DNA of 41,021 bases, from NCBI GenBank assembly GCA_964434085.1, contig CAYSTP010000002.1:1-41021 (forward strand), written 5' to 3'. Made by a program: the position numbers and the translations under genes. A model generated the notes under the pieces. It saw only the letters and a list, made by a program, of their open reading frames with translations. It made no database searches and was not told where the DNA came from. This stretch comes from an uncultured Pirellulales bacterium. Its GTDB lineage: Bacteria > Planctomycetota > Phycisphaerae > Sedimentisphaerales > Anaerobacaceae. Shown piece after piece: positions 40,543-41,021 of the stretch (position 1 is its first letter; each line of letters starts with the position of its first letter).

Positions 40543-41021
40543 ATGACAGACAGTAAACAAGATAACAATCCCGAAAACAATTTGCCGAAGCCGCATGAGA
40601 CTGACAGCAACCCTGCCGCAATAAACGCCGCGTCACCATCTGAAAAGGGACCCCATTTCGAGAAAAATCGCAAAATGGGAACCCAAAACGACATTTCCAC
40701 CGACGACAAAGAATTTTTCGACGCCCTTGAGGCCTCTGTGCGCGGGGCCTCAGGCAAAAGCCACGGCCATATACGTTCTGACAGGGACAAAAAAAACAAG
40801 GCAAGGCTGTTAAGGATTGAGTTAATACTTTTAGCCGGCATAGTTGCGATAGCAATAGCCTTTGTCTATAGTTTCTTCAGGGTGCGATTCACCGCTCAAA
40901 ACCAAAGGCCACCGGTAGTTTCCAGACAGTATCAGACATATCCAGCCCAGCAACCCACACCTCCCGACACATTACAGACACAGCCGCAGCAAACCGATAA
41001 AATTGAATCCCTGCCTATGCC
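40543..41021 (+). CDS. Hypothetical membrane-anchored protein, 3' end outside the window (start uncertain)
   Basis: My own translation from ATG 40543 stays open to the window end: MTDSKQDNNPENN...KNKARLLRIELILLAGIVAIAIAFVYSFFRVRF...QQPTPPDTLQTQPQQ. It has one clear TM helix followed by a Pro/Gln-rich tail. An alternative ATG at 40675 lies inside a repeat. No homology recognised. Confidence 0.4.
   Translation, partial: MTDSKQDNNPENNLPKPHETDSNPAAINAASPSEKGPHFEKNRKMGTQNDISTDDKEFFDALEASVRGASGKSHGHIRSDRDKKNKARLLRIELILLAGIVAIAIAFVYSFFRVRFTAQNQRPPVVSRQYQTYPAQQPTPPDTLQTQPQQTDKIESLPM
40647..40684. repeat. GC-clamped palindromic repeat, family 2, copy c
   Basis: GGGACCCCATTTCGAGAAAAATCGCAAAATGGGAACCC. 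It lies inside the open reading frame that starts at 40543. Confidence 0.75.

Noticed and set aside
40413-40684. Three direct copies of a ~28-39-nt repeat, considered as a mini CRISPR array
   Set aside because: The repeats are imperfect and of different lengths. The spacers are irregular (39 and 128 nt). The repeats are self-complementary, REP-like hairpins, one lies within an ORF, and no cas genes are present.
40392-40855. Two minus-strand ORFs (149 aa and 105 aa) downstream of the activator
   Set aside because: Both have Arg/Cys/Ser-rich shadow-like translations, and both read through the family-2 repeats. The plus-strand frame has a clean TM helix and sits downstream of a perfect sigma-54 promoter.
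1-41021. Searched by eye for mobile-element genes, tRNA/rRNA genes and integrase/transposase signatures
   Set aside because: None seen. Every ORF longer than 100 aa that is not a shadow frame is assignable to flagellar, glycosylation or regulatory functions, or is a hypothetical protein (111-aa helical ORF, 3'-terminal membrane ORF) without such signatures. The intergenic gaps are too short or lack cloverleaf-like structure.

Overview
This window is a flagellar gene supercluster from a diderm bacterium, since L- and P-ring genes are present. The lineage cannot be assigned from the sequence alone.

Plus strand, 1-9080: fliI (5'-truncated), fliJ, a FlbB/YlxF-like gene, motA and two tandem motB paralogs. 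A sigma-54 promoter follows, then fliO-fliP-fliQ-fliR-flhB and an aberrant ORF with a degenerate FlhA-like membrane domain fused to a P-loop-less MinD/FlhG-like domain.

Minus strand, 38289 down to 9092: a sigma-54 promoter, then flgD-flgE-(PilZ/YcgR-like)-flgF-flgG-flgA-flgH-flgI-flgJ (rod-binding domain only)-flgN-flgK-flgL. A second sigma-54 promoter follows, then a ~15-kb glycosylation island and finally fliD. The island holds a TPR-GT4 gene, a GT2-TPR gene, a TPR gene, a small helical ORF, a 3,267-aa ORF fusing about ten sugar-modifying domains, and an SDR epimerase/dehydratase.

38774-40204 (+) encodes a sigma-54 enhancer-binding activator. It is followed by a further sigma-54 promoter and an unknown membrane ORF that runs off the window.

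I saw no rRNA, tRNA, CRISPR array, transposase or integrase.

Most noteworthy:
- The giant multi-enzyme ORF and its TPR-glycosyltransferase partners sit where flagellin normally lies, and no flagellin gene is in the window.
- The FlhA-like/dead-MinD fusion sits in the flhA position.
- A PilZ gene lies inside the hook-rod operon, bracketed by inverted copies of a GC-clamped palindromic repeat.
- Two families of such palindromes lie in leaders and intergenic gaps.
- Four near-consensus sigma-54 promoters are present.

All domain calls come from reading motifs by eye. No HMM or database search was run.
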